DNA of 64,000 nucleotides. Origin: Macrostomum hystrix. Taxonomy: Eukaryota; Animalia; Platyhelminthes. The DNA lies in the NCBI GenBank assembly GCA_950097015.1, contig CATNEN010000039.1:20336001-20400000 (forward strand), read 5' to 3'. Below the pieces are notes generated by a model, which saw nothing but the letters and a program-made list of their open reading frames with translations, made no database searches and had not been told where the DNA came from. Position numbers and translations under genes: made by a program. Positions 22,412-36,100 of this stretch are shown here, in pieces (the first letter of the stretch is position 1; each line of letters opens with the position of its first letter).

Positions 22412-25400
22412 CAGGGGGTACCCGGCCAAGCCTCCTCCGAACAAGTAATAATAAAAAATCTCATTTTTACTAAGTGTACCCCTCATATTGATGTCAGCAT
22501 CAGCATCAGCACTTAGATTTTGATTTATAATACATTGTTTGTGAACTAGTACCGTCCAATTTCTATACTAACCATGGCACGGAGATGAGCGGGCCGCGTC
22601 GAATAATAGAAAATCAAAGCACCGTTATATATATTATATACAGCAGCAGAACAGCTGCATGGTGAACCGCTGGGTCAACCCGATCGCCACTACAAAGATT
22701 TTTTTTCAATTTGTTATATCGTACATTTCTGTGATTTTTCAAACTCTAGGATTAGCTTTTCGGCACGTGTTTAACGTCAATTGTTGTTCCTACACCCTGT
22801 ACAGTTACAAGTTGGGCGAGCGTTGATGCTATTAAGCTTATAAAGTAAACTGCTCAGATAAACTCTAAGCCTAACACAACCATTTGTAGTTGACAAAACG
22901 ATGGTGACATCTTTCTTGTGTGAATATTTATTTTTCGTTTTTCAGCTTCTGTTATTATTTTGTCCTGTTACAATCATCTAGCTACCTAGTTTTATTCTTT
23001 GCAACTGTAAAATAGGTAAATAGAGAAGGCAATGACTCAATGACTGGATAATTAGCTACCTAGCATTACACAATCTTATTCGTCCCTTTTTAACATCACG
23101 TTTTTAGTAATAAACCTAAACTTATAGACTTAGGGGCCTAAATTATCTTTAATATACATTAAATAATAATAATTAAGATTAGTAATTAAATATTGAACAT
23201 TAGTAACTTATTATCTTCGCATGGTCTTTTTGTAGCATTGGGCCAAGCTAATTAATATACTAGGGCCTAATTACTAGCTACTAGCTTAATGGACTAGCTT
23301 ACCATTACCACTGGCACCAGGACATTTATTGTATCTCATTATGCTGTAGTTGGTTGATTCAGCCAACTTCTAAGTTAGTAATTAACAAATCAGTAGCATT
23401 TCTATTTGCTATGTCCCTGATCGTAGCAGTTTGATTCTCACTTAGCTCGTGTGGTTTATTACAAGGCACTGAGTCCTGGTATAAACTCAAGTTATGCAAT
23501 GTGACACTTTAAATATTCTACTGACTTAAAGGGTCAAAGCTAAATAACTAACTCTTGAACTAGATATCTCTATACCATAGTCAGGATCATGTCATGGTCA
23601 TGGTATACACCAGAATAAAAAGTCCCCTAAAAAATCTGTCACTTTATACTGAAATGTACGGGCCAAGGTCCTAGGAACTTATATCAGGTTTTCTAGGTTT
23701 TGCAACAATAAAGCGTATATAACTTTAGCCGATTGGTTTTTACCGACGTTAAACCGACGTTAAAATGTACATACACTGGAGTGGGGTGGCTGCTAGCGGG
23801 ACGAGATTTTAATTGGGGTATGTGACAGGGAATTCCCTAACCCACCCCAAGTGGACAATTAGTCATGCTGATGATTCATCTCTCAAAAAACCCCAACATT
23901 TAGGCTTCATATGAAATACATTGCCGACGTAAACTTTTCCCATCGCTAACTAAAAATATATATGCATTGATGCATATAATCGTTAGCATGTTAGCATGAC
24001 TTTTTTTGCATGTTACACATTTTTGCCTACTTTATAAACACCTTTACTTTACCCGCTTCACTAACCAAACACAACACACTAGTTAACATCATATTGTACA
24101 TTTTTACACTTCTGAGACAGACATGAATTCAAAAAATCTACAGTCACAATGCTAGCATCAAAAAGGTCACAAACATCGCAGGTGCTGCATTGGTCGTGGG
24201 TGTTGCATTGTTTGCAGCAGGTGGAAGCAGAGCTTCAAGCTGGACTGTGCTGCCTCTGGTTCTGCCAACAAATGAGCAGCGTGAAGTTGCCTTTATGTGC
24301 CTGTCAAGTACTTAGCTGACACAAATTCAGAAAAAGAAAACACAAGCACAAGAAAATCATAATATTGTATCTACACACAATGTATTATAAATAGAGCACA
24401 AAAAGTAGTAGATTCAGTGTGATATAGACCAAATCTTTTAAGTTGAAAAACCGCGATTTTGTTTTAATTCGTGTAAAATACGTAAATTTCTTTGAATGTA
24501 CCGTAATTATTTTGTTTAAAACGATAAAATTTTGGTATAAATACAGGAGCAAAAATGGAAACAAAATTAACCTTGTTCAACACAGTTTGAATCAAAGTTC
24601 GTATACAATACTCAGAATTGTGTTCTTTTCATTCTTTATAAAACATACGGAGACGAATACTAAGAAGGATTCCAGAGAGAGAAATAGAAAGTATTGCTGT
24701 ACACTTGAGATCATTGGTAACGCTCTTCGGAAAGCCTATACTCAGAAATACATACATGCGATAAATTAATCGGCCAGAATAACTAAATACGCTACCTTAG
24801 ACTAACTAAAGACGATATTCAAGGATAACTAAATACGCTACCAAGAAATTCTTTGGATATATAGAATACATTCTCAGAAATTAATTCTAAGAAACATTAA
24901 CAGTAAAGAATACAACAACATTGTGAGAGTAAAAGTTAGAATAATAATTAGCGCTAGAACAACTTTGGTGGTATTCAGTAGAATATTAAAATATTATAAA
25001 ATAACCCTAGGAGAACTTTGACAGCAGCAGTGGGATTAAATTAGCCCTACAACAACTTTGGTAACAGCAGTGGGATTCGCATTATTGGAAATAAAGTTTA
25101 GTAAGAATATAGACAGAGGCCTGCAACAAGTGTTTAAACTTTTGTATTTTTAAGTACAAAACCTAAGAGTTTAAAACTTGCTCAGGTAGGTAATTCTGGG
25201 TAGTATGGCCAGCCTACCTGGGTAAAGATCCAGTGGATCTCCAAATTCATTAGGCAGAGCTGATCCATTGGCTGCTTAAGATCAATGAAGTCCCTTGGCA
25301 ATGTACTATAATAGCACCACTTGATGCGCCATCGGGAAACTCATTTGTAGGGCTTAGATGCTTGGCCAGATCCTCTCATGCTGCAGCAGTGCTTGATCCA

Positions 25401-26182
25401 GTTGCTGTTTAGCGCTGCGCTGCAAGTACTGCAGGAGAGAAAAATCTAGTTGCTCAATCCACTACTATATAATTAACTTTTAAACTTGATTTCTGTATAA
25501 AATTATATGCTTTAATATTTGCCTTAACTGCCTCTACAAGTATGTAAGAACAGGTCACAAGTTAATTTCTCCCTTTGGAATTCTTATCTGTTTATTGTGG
25601 TTTGCAGATTCAAGTTTATATCAAATACTATATATTAATTGATATTTTGCACAATAAAACAAACATTGTAATATTAAATTATATTGGCAGGAATTCAAAT
25701 TTAGCAAAATATTTTGTGATATTTTGTACTAAATTAGTTAAAACAATTCTGGCAGTTGTTTAAATGTATTAACTAGGAGGCCTGTTACACTATGCCTAGA
25801 TTATAAGTGTATGTTTAACTTCGTGAATTAGCGAGCCACCACAACTACCCAAACTTCTTACCCAACTAATGCTGCTACCAATTTTACAGCACAGTAAACT
25901 AAAGCAATTTAGGAGAAAGGGAGTTAAGTGCTCTGCTCAAAGATACAGACTCACAGACTGTTTACTTTGGCTAAGATTTGAACTCCCAATGTTTAAGTCA
26001 GATGTCTAAAGCTTGGACCAATGGGCTAGCTACCCAATAGGTACCAAGGCTCAGTTCAACGAAATATCCTCATATCCCTTAAATTTCCACTTCGATCCTG
26101 TTATAATCTTGAATAAAAATTTCAGCAAAATCTGCTATTCAAAAAAAGTTTATATTCTTTGAAGCTTAAAACAGCTATAGTG

Positions 26183-27368
26183 ATGTCTCAACCAGACACT
26201 AAAACTGAGGCAATGGGACAGCAGCTCATGACCCTGTACAGCTTGCGTCTGAGGACTTTTGCCAAGTGGCCATTCACTGCGCCAAGTCGATGCACCGCCG
26301 AGCGCATGGCCAAGGCTGGATTTTATCGCATTGCCACACCTGACTGCACTGACGCTGTGCGCTGCTTTCACTGCGAGAAGGTTTGGACTTGGATACGTAA
26401 AGATTACTATTTTTGCTCATCATCGAGTCACAGTGACAGACCTTTAGGACTTCCATGGCTTCTCACGAGTGCTGTTCCATGACTGCAATCTCAGGAGTGC
26501 TGTTCCATGACTGCAATCTCACGAGTGCTGTTCCATGACTGCAATCTCAGGAGTGCTGTTCCATGACTGCAATCTCAGGAGTGCTGTTCCATGACTGCAA
26601 TCTCAGGAGTGCTGTTCCATGACTGCAATCTCAGTAGTGCTGTTCCATGATTACAATCTCAGGAGTGCTGTTCCATGACTGCAATCACAGGAGTGCTGTT
26701 CCATGATTGCAATCTCAGGAGTGCTGTTCCATGACTGCAATCTCAGGAGTGCTGTTCCATGACTGCAATCTCAGGAGTGCTGTTCCATGATTGCAATCTC
26801 AGGTGTGCTGTTCCATGACTGCAATCTCAGGAGTGCTGTTCCATGACTGCAATCTCAGGAGTGCTGTTCCATGATTGCAATCTCAGGAGTGCTGTTCCAT
26901 GACTGCAATCTCAGGTGTGCTGTTCCATGACTGCAATCTCAGGAGTGCTGTTCCATGATTGCAATCTCAGGAGTGCTGTTCCATGACTGCAATCTCAGGT
27001 GTGCTGTTCCATGACTGCAATCTCAGGAGTGCTGTTCCATGATTGAAATTCGCTGAGAATCGCCTCAACAATTGTCGCAATATCCGCTGAGTGCTAATTT
27101 CAACGCATTCCATCAGGAGCTGGACGGCTGGGCCGCCGACGATGACCCGGTTGCCGAGATGCGTCGACACGCCCCCCACTGCCGATACCAGGACCTGCCC
27201 AAGGCCTATGACGACATGTTTGTCGACGAGGTTCTTTCCAGCGAGGCTGACAGGCACATGCACGCCCTGGAGAGGAGTCACGCCGTCTGGCAGGCTCGAG
27301 TTGACGCCTCCGCCGAGGAATTGTTGCTCGAAATCGATCGTCAGATAAGCCGTATGCAGGGGAAGTGA
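26183..27368 (+). CDS. Survivin-like single-BIR protein, 149 aa, exons 26183-26380 and 27117-27368
   Basis: RLRTFAKWPF...MAKAGFY...VRCFHCEK|ELDGWAADDDPVAEMRRHAPHC, then a C-terminal helix/coiled coil. Phase-0 GT-AG intron. Size and layout match survivin/BIRC5-type proteins. Confidence 0.88.
26461..27045. repeat. 28-bp minisatellite GAGTGCTGTTCCATGACTGCAATCTCAG (~21 copies) in the BIR gene intron
   Basis: Read directly. Confidence 0.95.
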
Positions 27369-27930
27369 ATTTCTGCGTGTTGCCTGATTCTGTATTTACT
27401 GCAAACCAACTTTTATTTACACCGACATTTAATGACATTCAGCTAGTGCACTTTAATCTTCTTTTAATTTAGATTCGAAAAAAATATTTATTTAAAGGTA
27501 ATTAGCATTTGTGTTTTTTATAATTTGAATTTTTTGCTTAAGCTTTAAGCTTGATTGACTGCAGTTTAAACATTCACAAAGTCTAACTTATAATGTAAAT
27601 TTAATTTAATTCACATAATATCAAATTAACTGTACCTTCTATGCTTTAGTACTTAACTGTGTGTCAACATTATTATTAAATTATTATTTTTGTTATTAAA
27701 TAAAAAATGCTATATACACATAATTAAAAAGCATAAAGGCTGTTTTATTTTTGTTTTTTTAGTTTTTTTCGTAATACTACCATTAGTAGTATTTTTAAAA
27801 AACGGAGGCGTTAGTTTGTAAAAAAATCTTTTTTAATATTGACTTAGTAACTTAGTACTGCTAGCGATGTACAGTTCGATATGAGACTGGAATCCGAGAT
27901 ATGAATGAGACATTGGCGAGTTGACATAAT

Positions 27931-29905
27931 TGGGAAATGAGACAGTGGAGAGATGAGATAATAAGTTCAAAAGTAATAAGTTCAGATAATAGGGAAATGA
28001 GACAGTGGAGAGAGTTCAGATAATAGGGAAATGAGACAGTGGAGAGAGTTCAGATAATAGGGAAATGAGACAGTGGAGAGAGTTCAGATAATAGGGAAAT
28101 GAGACAGTGGAGAGAGTTCAGATAATAGGGAAATGAGACAGTGGAGAGAGTTCAGATAATAGGGAAATGAGACAGTGGAGAGAGTTCAGATAATAGGGAA
28201 ATGAGACAGTGGAGAGTTCAGATAATAGGGAAATGAGACAGTGGAGAGAGTTCAGATAATAGGGAAATGAGACAGTGGAGAGAGTTCAGATAATAGGGAA
28301 ATGAGACAGTGGAGAGTTCAGATAATAGGGAAATGAGACAGTGGAGAGTTCAGATAATAGGGAAATGAGACAGTGGAGAGAGTTCAGATAATAGGGAAAT
28401 GAGGCAGTGGAGAGAGTTCAGATAATAGGGAAATGAGACAGTGGAGAGAGTTCAGATAATAGGGAAATGAGACAGTGGAGAGTTCAGATAATAGGGAAAT
28501 GAGACAGTGGAGAGTTCAGATAATAGGGAAATGAGACAGTGGAGAGTTCAGATAATAGGGAAATGAGACAGTGGAGAGTTCAGATAATAGGGAAATGAGA
28601 CAGTGGAGAGAGTTCAGATAATAGGGAAATGAGACAGTGGAGAGAGTTCAGATAATAGGGAAATGAGGCAGTGGAGAGATGAGATAATAAGTTCAAAAGT
28701 AATAAGTTCAGATAATAGGGAAATGAGACAGTGGAGAGAGTTCAGATAATAGGGAAATGAGACAGTGGAGAGAGTTCAGATAATAGGGAAATGAGACAGT
28801 GGAGAGTTCAGATAATAGGGAAATGAGACAGTGGAGAGAGTTCAGATAATAGGGAAATGAGGCAGTGGAGAGTTCAGATAATAGGGAAATGAGACAGTGG
28901 AGAGAGTTCAGATAATAGGGAAATGAGGCAGTGGAGAGTTCAGATAATAGGGAAATGAGGCAGTGGAGAGTTCAGATAATAGGGAAATGAGACAGTGGAG
29001 AGAGTTCAGATAATAGGGAAATGAGGCAGTGGAGAGTTCAGATAATAGGGAAATGAGACAGTGGAGAGTTCAGATAATAGGGAAATGAGACAGTGGAGAG
29101 TTCAGATAATAGGGAAATGAGACAGTGGAGAGTTCAGATAATAGGGAAATGAGACAGTGGAGAGTTCAGATAATAGGGAAATGAGACAGTGGAGAGAGTT
29201 CAGATAATAGGGAAATGAGGCAGTGGAGAGAGTTCAGATAATAGGGAAATGAGACAGTGGAGAGTTCAGATAATAGGGAAATGAGACAGTGGAGAGTTCA
29301 GATAATAGGGAAATGAGACAGTGGAGAGTTCAGATAATAGGGAAATGAGACAGTGGAGAGTTCAGATAATAGGGAAATGAGACAGTGGAGAGTTCAGATA
29401 ATAGGGAAATGAGACAGTGGAGAGTTCAGATAATAGGGAAATGAGACAGTGGAGAGTTCAGATAATAGGGAAATGAGACAGTGGAGAGTTCAGATAATAG
29501 GGAAATGAGACAGTGGAGAGTTCAGATAATAGGGAAATGAGACAGTGGAGAGAGTTCAGATAATAGGGAAATGAGGCAGTGGAGAGAGTTCAGATAATAG
29601 GGAAATGAGACAGTGGAGAGTTCAGATAATAGGGAAATGAGACAGTGGAGAGTTCAGATAATAGGGAAATGAGACAGTGGAGAGTTCAGATAATAGGGAA
29701 ATGAGACAGTGGAGAGTTCAGATAATAGGGAAATGAGACAGTGGAGAGTTCAGATAATAGGGAAATGAGACAGTGGAGAGTTCAGATAATAGGGAAATGA
29801 GACAGTGGAGAGTTCAGATAATAGGGAAATGAGACAGTGGAGAGTTCAGATAATAGGGAAATGAGACAGTGGAGAGAGTTCAGATAATAGGGAAATGAGA
29901 CAGAT
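27931..29905. repeat. 32/34-bp minisatellite GGGAAATGAGACAGTGGAGA(GA)GTTCAGATAATA (~58 copies)
   Basis: Read directly. The GA indel gives two unit lengths. The start junction is repeated at ~28675-28705. Confidence 0.95.
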
Positions 29906-30118
29906 AAGAGACCATCTAGTATTTGAGATTAAGTCTGTCGCGATGAGACCCTTAGAATTACTTTAGACACCAACAACCGTAGATATTTCTGACAGGTTTG
30001 AAAGAAATCACTGCTTTAGTTACCCTTACATTTTTATGGCATTTAGCACGCAAAAAATGTTTCCTAACTTTCCGTATCATTTCACAGCCCTGCTATCATC
30101 AAGCCGCTTAATCTAATA

Positions 30119-33100
30119 ATGGGCAACTCGCCATCGCCTCAAGGGCTACGCCGATTGAGCAGTTGCACAAATTCTGTGGCTGATGTAAACAGTGCATCAA
30201 CTAGACATAGTCGGGCCGGTTCTAATAAGCCTTCAGATTTGGCCACACCGTCGCCATTCAATGAAACTCGACGACGTCATAAATTTCGACTGTTAAAATC
30301 TGGTGCTGTTTCGGACCCGCGATCGCCTACCGATGGTGTTGATAGAACACCCATTGGTGTGACCAGCCAATTCAATGCTAGACAATCTACTGGCTTGACT
30401 AAACTGATGACCAACGACGGTGAGTGCTAGTTGCCTCACATATTGTCTACTTTGAATAATTTTTATATAGTCCAAACTATTATGGACCTTCCTTTAGGCT
30501 AGTTCTGCTTTTCCTTCCATGCTCTATTAGTATAACTATCACCTAACTACAGATGTTTTACAGGCTTCATGTTAGATATCCATCTGCTTCAGGTTAAATC
30601 AGCGACCTCCTTCAGGTTTTGGCTCCGACCAACTTCAGGCTAAAGCTAAGGACCTCCTTCAGGCTATAGCTAAAGCCCTCCTTCAGGTTATAGCTAACTA
30701 ACTCCTTCAGGTTATAGCTAACTAATTCCTTCAGGTTATAGCTAACTAACTCCTTCAGGTTATAGCTAACTAACTCCTTCAGGTTATAGCTAACTAACTC
30801 CTTCAGGTTATAGCTAACTAACTCCTTCAGGTTATAGCTAACTAACTCCTTCAGGTTATAGCTAACTAACTCCTTCAGGTTATAGCTAACTAACTCCTTC
30901 AGGTTATAGCTAACTAACTCCTTCAGGTTATAGCTAACTAACTCCTTCAGGTTATAGCTAACTAACTCCTTCAGGTTATAGCTAACTAATTCCTTCAGGT
31001 TATAGCTAACTAACTCCTTCAGGTTATAGCTAACTAACTCCTTCAGGTTATAGCTAACTAACTCCTTCAGGTTATAGCTAACTAACTCCTTCAGGTTATA
31101 GCTAACTAACTCCTTCAGGTTATAGCTAACTAACTCCTTCAGGTTATAGCTAACTAACTCCTTCAGGTTATAGCTAAATAATTCCTTCAGGTTATAGCTA
31201 ACTAACTCCTTCAGGTTATAGCTAACTAACTCCTTCAGGTTATAGCTAACTAACTCCTTCAGGTTATAGCTAACTAACTCCTTCAGGTTATAGCTAACTA
31301 ACTCCTTCAGGTTATAGCTAACTAACTCCTTCAGGTTATAGCTAACTAACTCCTTCAGGTTATAGCTAACTAACTCCTTCAGGTTATAGCTAACTAACTC
31401 CTTCAGGTTATAGCTAACTAATTCCTTCAGGTTATAGCTAACTAACTCCTTCAGGTTATAGCTAACTAACTCCTTCAGGTTATAGCTAACTAACTCCTTC
31501 AGGTTATAGCTAACTAACTCCTTCAGGTTATAGCTAACTAACTCCTTCAGGTTATAGCTAACTAACTCCTTCAGGTTATAGCTAACTAACTCCTTCAGGT
31601 TATAGCTAAATAATTCCTTCAGGTTATAGCTAACTAACTCCTTCAGGTTATAGCTAACTAACTCCTTCAGGTTATAGCTAACTAACTCCTTCAGGTTATA
31701 GCTAACTAACTCCTTCAGGTTATAGCTAACTAACTCCTTCAGGTTATAGCTAACTAACTCCTTCAGGTTATAGCTAACTAACTCCTTCAGGTTATAGCTA
31801 ACTAACTCCTTCAGGTTATAGCTAACTAACTCCTTCAGGTTATAGCTAACTAACTCCTTCAGGTTATAGCTAACTAACTCCTTCAGGTTATAGCTAACTA
31901 ACTCCTTCAGGTTATAGCTAACTAACTCCTTCAGGTTATAGCTAACTAACTCCTTCAGGTTATAGCTAACTAACTCCTTCAGGTTATAGCTAACTAACTC
32001 CTTCAGGTTATAGCTAACTAACTCCTTCAGGTTATAGCTAACTAACTCCTTCAGGTTATAGCTAACTAACTCCTTCAGGTTATAGCTAACTAACTCCTTC
32101 AGGTTATAGCTAACTAACTCCTTCAGGTTATAGCTAACTAACTCCTTCAGGTTATAGCTAACTAACTCCTTCAGGTTATAGCTAACTAACTCCTTCAGGT
32201 TATAGCTAACTAACTCCTTCAGGTTATAGCTAACTAACTCCTTCAGGTTATAGCTAACTAACTCCTTCAGGTTATAGCTAACTAACTCCTTCAGGTTATA
32301 GCTAACTAACTCCTTCAGGTTATAGCTAACTAACTCCTTCAGGTTATAGCTAACTAACTCCTTCAGGTTATAGCTAACTAACTCCTTCAGGTTATAGCTA
32401 ACTAACTCCTTCAGGTTATAGCTAACTAACTCCTTCAGGTTATAGCTAACTAACTCCTTCAGGTTATAGCTAACTAACTCCTTCAGGTTATAGCTAACTA
32501 ACTCCTTCAGGTTATAGCTAACTAACTCCTTCAGGTTATAGCTAACTAACTCCTTCAGGTTATAGCTAACTAACTCCTTCAGGTTATAGCTAACTAACTC
32601 CTTCAGGTTATAGCTAACTAACTCCTTCAGGTTATAGCTAACTAACTCCTTCAGGTTATAGCTAACTAACTCCTTCAGGTTATAGCTAACTAACTCCTTC
32701 AGGTTATAGCTAACTAACTCCTTCAGGTTATAGCTAACTAACTCCTTCAGGTTATAGCTAACTAACTCCTTCAGGTTATAGCTAACTAACTCCTTCAGGT
32801 TATAGCTAACTAACTCCTTCAGGTTATAGCTAACTAACTCCTTCAGGTTATAGCTAACTAACTCCTTCAGGTTATAGCTAACTAACTCCTTCAGGTTATA
32901 GCTAACTAACTCCTTCAGGTTATAGCTAACTAACTCCTTCAGGTTATAGCTAACTAACTCCTTCAGGTTATAGCTAACTAACTCCTTCAGGTTATAGCTA
33001 ACTAACTCCTTCAGGTTATAGCTAACTAACTCCTTCAGGTTATAGCTAACTAACTCCTTCAGGTTATAGCTAACTAACTCCTTCAGGTTATAGCTAACTA

Positions 33101-36100
33101 ACTCCTTCAGGTTATAGCTAACTAACTCCTTCAAGGTTATAGCTAACTAACTCCTTCAGGTTATAGCTAACTAACTCCTTCAGGTTATAGCTAACTAACT
33201 CCTTCAGGTTATAGCTAACTAACTCCTTCAGGTTATAGCTAACTAACTCCTTCAGGTTATAGCTAACTAACTCCTTCAGGTTATAGCTAACTAACTCCTT
33301 CAGGTTATAGCTAACTAACTCCTTCAGGTTATAGCTAACCCTTCAGGTTATAGCTAACTAACTCCTTCAGGTTATAGCTAACTAACTCCTTCAGGTTATA
33401 GCTAACTAACTCCTTCAGGTTATAGCTAACTAACTCCTTCAGGTTATAGCTAACTAACTCCTTCAGGTTATAGCTAACTAACCCCTTCAGGTTATAGCTA
33501 ACTAACTCCTTTAGGTTATAGCTAAAGACTTCCTTCAGGTTATTGCTTACGACAAACTACCTGTCCTTGCCTATCCTAATAAGTTACATTAATGTGTAGA
33601 TTTCTGTACCTAATCTGGCCTCTGAATCTAACTAAACTAAGTGATAGTCTATATTTTAGGTTCTAATAGAGTAGTTACATATTATATTTTTCCTGTAGGC
33701 ATTCAGCAACTGCTTTGCCATAGGGAAAGGAATGCCTTCCCTATATAAACCTTAATTAGGAACATGTGCAATTATTAGTGCTGTTGCTAGGCTAACTAAA
33801 TAGTACAGCATCTGTCTACCGATTAATAAAAGTATTATTTCTAGGAAAGACTAGGTTACTAAAATGAACGCGTTTTTTCTACACCATGAATGGGTTGAAA
33901 CAACCGCTCGATAACAATAACAAAGGAGACAGTGAGGTAGATGTGCATCACTGGATGTGTTCGTCTGTGTGGGTGGGTCTCTTTTGGCCTAGACGTTTTT
34001 CCACATTTTCAGCTGTCCCCAAAACGTTTTTAGCCGGAACCTTTCGTAGATCGTGCCAGGTTCGGAAGAACTTGCCTTTTTTCAAGTCGTTACCAGTGCA
34101 TGCAGACAAACACGGTTGCGTCGTATTTTCGAGGGCTGGCAATAGCTTTGATGACGCAGACCTGACCATATACGGCCTCTCTTAGCGTTAGCTGCTTACA
34201 GTAGATCCAACGATGATTCTCCTCTGCCATTCTGGCGTTAAGCCGCTTCATTAGTCAGTGGACCTGTACGGACCGACTGGTGAAATCCCTGCCCGATCCA
34301 GCTGCAAATATTAGCGGCGTGATCTTCTACCACCTTTGCACCGAATCCAGCTGGCTTCGCTGTATACTTGACCCTCGGTTCCGCCCGCCCGCCTGCCTAG
34401 AAGTGGATCTGCGACTTCGTCAGCTGCTGCTTGGTATTTTTGGCACTTTAGTTCAACGTTTAGCCTTTGATGTCAGTCCAGGTGTTAAAACTTTCGAAAG
34501 GTACATTTAAAGAGAGGCATCCTTTCCTATGGTAGAGCGCAAGAGTAAAATAATTGCGCTAGAAAAAAGTATTTGCATATTCTCTTACACTTGAACTTCT
34601 TGTTCTTTTCTTGTCAACGAGACGGTTTTTTCCATAGGCTCGGTACAGTCGGCTTTGGCAATCTACGTCGCATCCAATAGATCAGGGGTTGGCAAACTTA
34701 TTAGCTAGCGGGCCAAAGAGAAAACGTAAAATACTTCAGCGGGCCGCATTGATTGTAGAAATGTGAGATAGGGGAGAGATGAGACACATGAGAGATGAGA
34801 CACAGGAGAGATGCGACACAGGAGAGATGAAACAAGATACTATAAGTGTCGGAAGGGGCAACGGGCCGGATTTGGGAGCTTCGAGGGCCGGATCTGGCCC
34901 GCGGGCCGGAGTTTGCCGACCCCTGCTATAGATTACGAGATATACCCCACTGACCTGCGTGCCTATTTTAACTGCTACTGAAACTATTCAGTCTTAACTG
35001 TACAACGCGTAATCCTTTATGTTGAAAACCTCATAAATAAAGCGTCTACTGTCACGGCAGTCCGTTCGTCTTTTTTTCTACTTCACTACTTTAAGACACT
35101 GCACTAAGAATTTCGTAACTAAGAATACCTCGCTATATATACGAGTCTTCTTCGGTTTTCTTTGTAGTCTTCTAGTCAGTGCTCTCGCACAAGAACGTTT
35201 AGAGCCTCGAAATTCGCAGTTATAAGCTAGTACTACGTTTCCTTACAATTCCCACGCAAAAGATAAAAACGCTTCTGCATAATCCTTAGCAATCCTTCTT
35301 TGTTGGTCAGGAACTGCGTCTCTTTGTCCTTCTGTTGCTGTCTCATTCTAATTACGAGGTTACGAGTGCTATGAGCATCCATAGAGATTTAGATGACGAT
35401 AAGGTATTTAAACTGTAGATGAGCTTTCTAGGCTCACAGTGCCAACTTTGAGATGAAATTAATCTCATATGGTTTGACGATATTTTGGTAAAAAATGACT
35501 AGATTTTGACTTCTCTGTTGTAGTGGGGCAGCGAAAAATTAATGGCAACACCTGTGGTTAAGTTTATGCCAAGGTGTGTATAGCAAAAATATACCTAGAA
35601 AAAAACCCATAATAGATATAAAAATGCTCAAATTACTTAACTTTTAAGCTAGAGTTGTTATTTTTATAGCCGAAACCCGCACTTAAATCGGAGCAGTGTT
35701 GCAAGAGCTATGTTCAAAAGGGAAAGTACTTTTGGAACACGCCTCATATGTTTGATGGCAAAAAACTAAAACCGAATGCGATTTATGTAGATGCTAGCTA
35801 TTATAAGATAAGTTAATTTTTCTCTGCACTTTTACGCATGTCGTGTAGTAGCAGATTCTCTTGTCCCCAGAATCGTAGCAGATTCTCTTGTTTCCAGAAT
35901 CGTAGCAGATTCTCTTGTCCCCAGAATCGTAGCAGATTCTCTTGTTTCCAGAATCGTAGCAGATTCTCTTATCTCCAGAATCGTAGCAGATTCTCTTGTC
36001 CCCAGAATCGTAGCAGATTCTCTTGTCCCCAGAATCGTAGCAGATTCTCTTGTCCCCAGAATCGTAGCAGATTCTCTTGTCTCCAGAATCGTAGCAGATT

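Noticed and set aside
26461-29905. Possible CRISPR arrays (28-34 bp repeats)
   Set aside because: Units are head-to-tail with no unique spacers, there are no cas genes, and the context is eukaryotic.
30612-33134. 840-aa (KELVSYNL)n ORF
   Set aside because: 24-bp satellite. The 'start' is a TTG created by a 1-bp indel within the array, and there is no synonymous-site pattern.
33880-34510. GC-richer stretch with short ORFs on both strands
   Set aside because: No consistent frame, splice pattern or recognisable domain.
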